The translations under genes and the position numbers were made by a program. From contig CATNEN010000031.1 of NCBI GenBank assembly GCA_950097015.1, positions 186,001 to 250,000 on the forward strand: a DNA stretch of 64,000 nucleotides, given 5' to 3'. Below are positions 63,544 to 64,000 of this stretch, piece by piece. Source of the stretch: Macrostomum hystrix (lineage: Eukaryota > Animalia > Platyhelminthes). Under the pieces are notes generated by a model that searched no databases, was not told the DNA's origin, and was given only the letters and a program-made list of their open reading frames with translations. Positions within the stretch are counted from its first letter, which is position 1. Every line of letters begins with the position of its first letter.

Positions 63544-64000
63544 GAGCTGCTCGTAGACTATGTCTGCGCAGTTGGCCAGGGCAATTTCATCCGCGTTAAA
63601 ACTTATGTATTTCTTGCTACAAAAAACGCATTTAAAAAACTTTTTACCGTATGTTTCTAGAAAAAAAGATCGCTGCTACATCATATATAATACAAAGCTT
63701 TCAGAATCTTACACAAGATCTTGAAATTTGTGCATTTGTGTAAATCTTGCACAAATCTTGTGTGACGAAGAACTTTGTCAAGGCTAATATACGAGTAGCT
63801 AAGCTAGTATTATACATTTCACTTGTCTTTCTGGACGGATAGAACACAACAAGGGAATGGGGGCGAAAAGGGGATAGTAACCTAATTAAAGATAGAAACT
63901 ATAGAATAAGCGACTTATACACTATACAAGGTTGTATTACGTCGAATTCTGCAGCTAATGCCAACTGCCCCCCCCCGACTTCCGACAGACACTTATGAAG

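Larger units (their letters stand above)
57500..63600 (-). mobile_element. Non-LTR retrotransposon (LINE, Jockey/I-group-like), decayed; both ends uncertain
   Basis: ORF1 has three CCHC-type knuckles and is followed immediately by ORF2 with APE endonuclease and RT. I saw no RNase H and could not identify a clear tail or TSD. Confidence 0.85.

Overview
Eukaryotic (probably invertebrate animal) repeat-rich DNA made almost entirely of transposable elements, nearly all on the minus strand. (1) 1-57002 is one head-to-tail array of Helitrons. It starts with an apparently intact autonomous Helitron (<1-7958) whose 9-exon Rep/Pif1-helicase gene has an N-terminal 23-aa STPR-like repeat and two GC-AG introns. 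Next comes a diverged sister Helitron (7959-12880) that has lost its Rep domain and Walker A/B motifs. Then follow 22 short non-autonomous units (12881-57002), each made of a Helitron 5' arm, a 15-bp minisatellite and a 3' terminal hairpin ending in CTCG. The huge ISHRL/PHLPS/MRRWE ORFs in the track are translations of that minisatellite, not genes. (2) About 57500-63600 is a decayed APE-RT LINE (Jockey/I-like). Its ORF1 carries an N-terminal AlkB-family 2OG-Fe(II) dioxygenase domain, and its RT is interrupted by a 1.13-kb TA-flanked foldback DNA transposon. The most notable observations are the AlkB-Gag fusion in the LINE, the Helitron array with its variable TC junctions, and the variable-length STPR array in the transposase. 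All analysis was by eye; no database searches or alignments were run.
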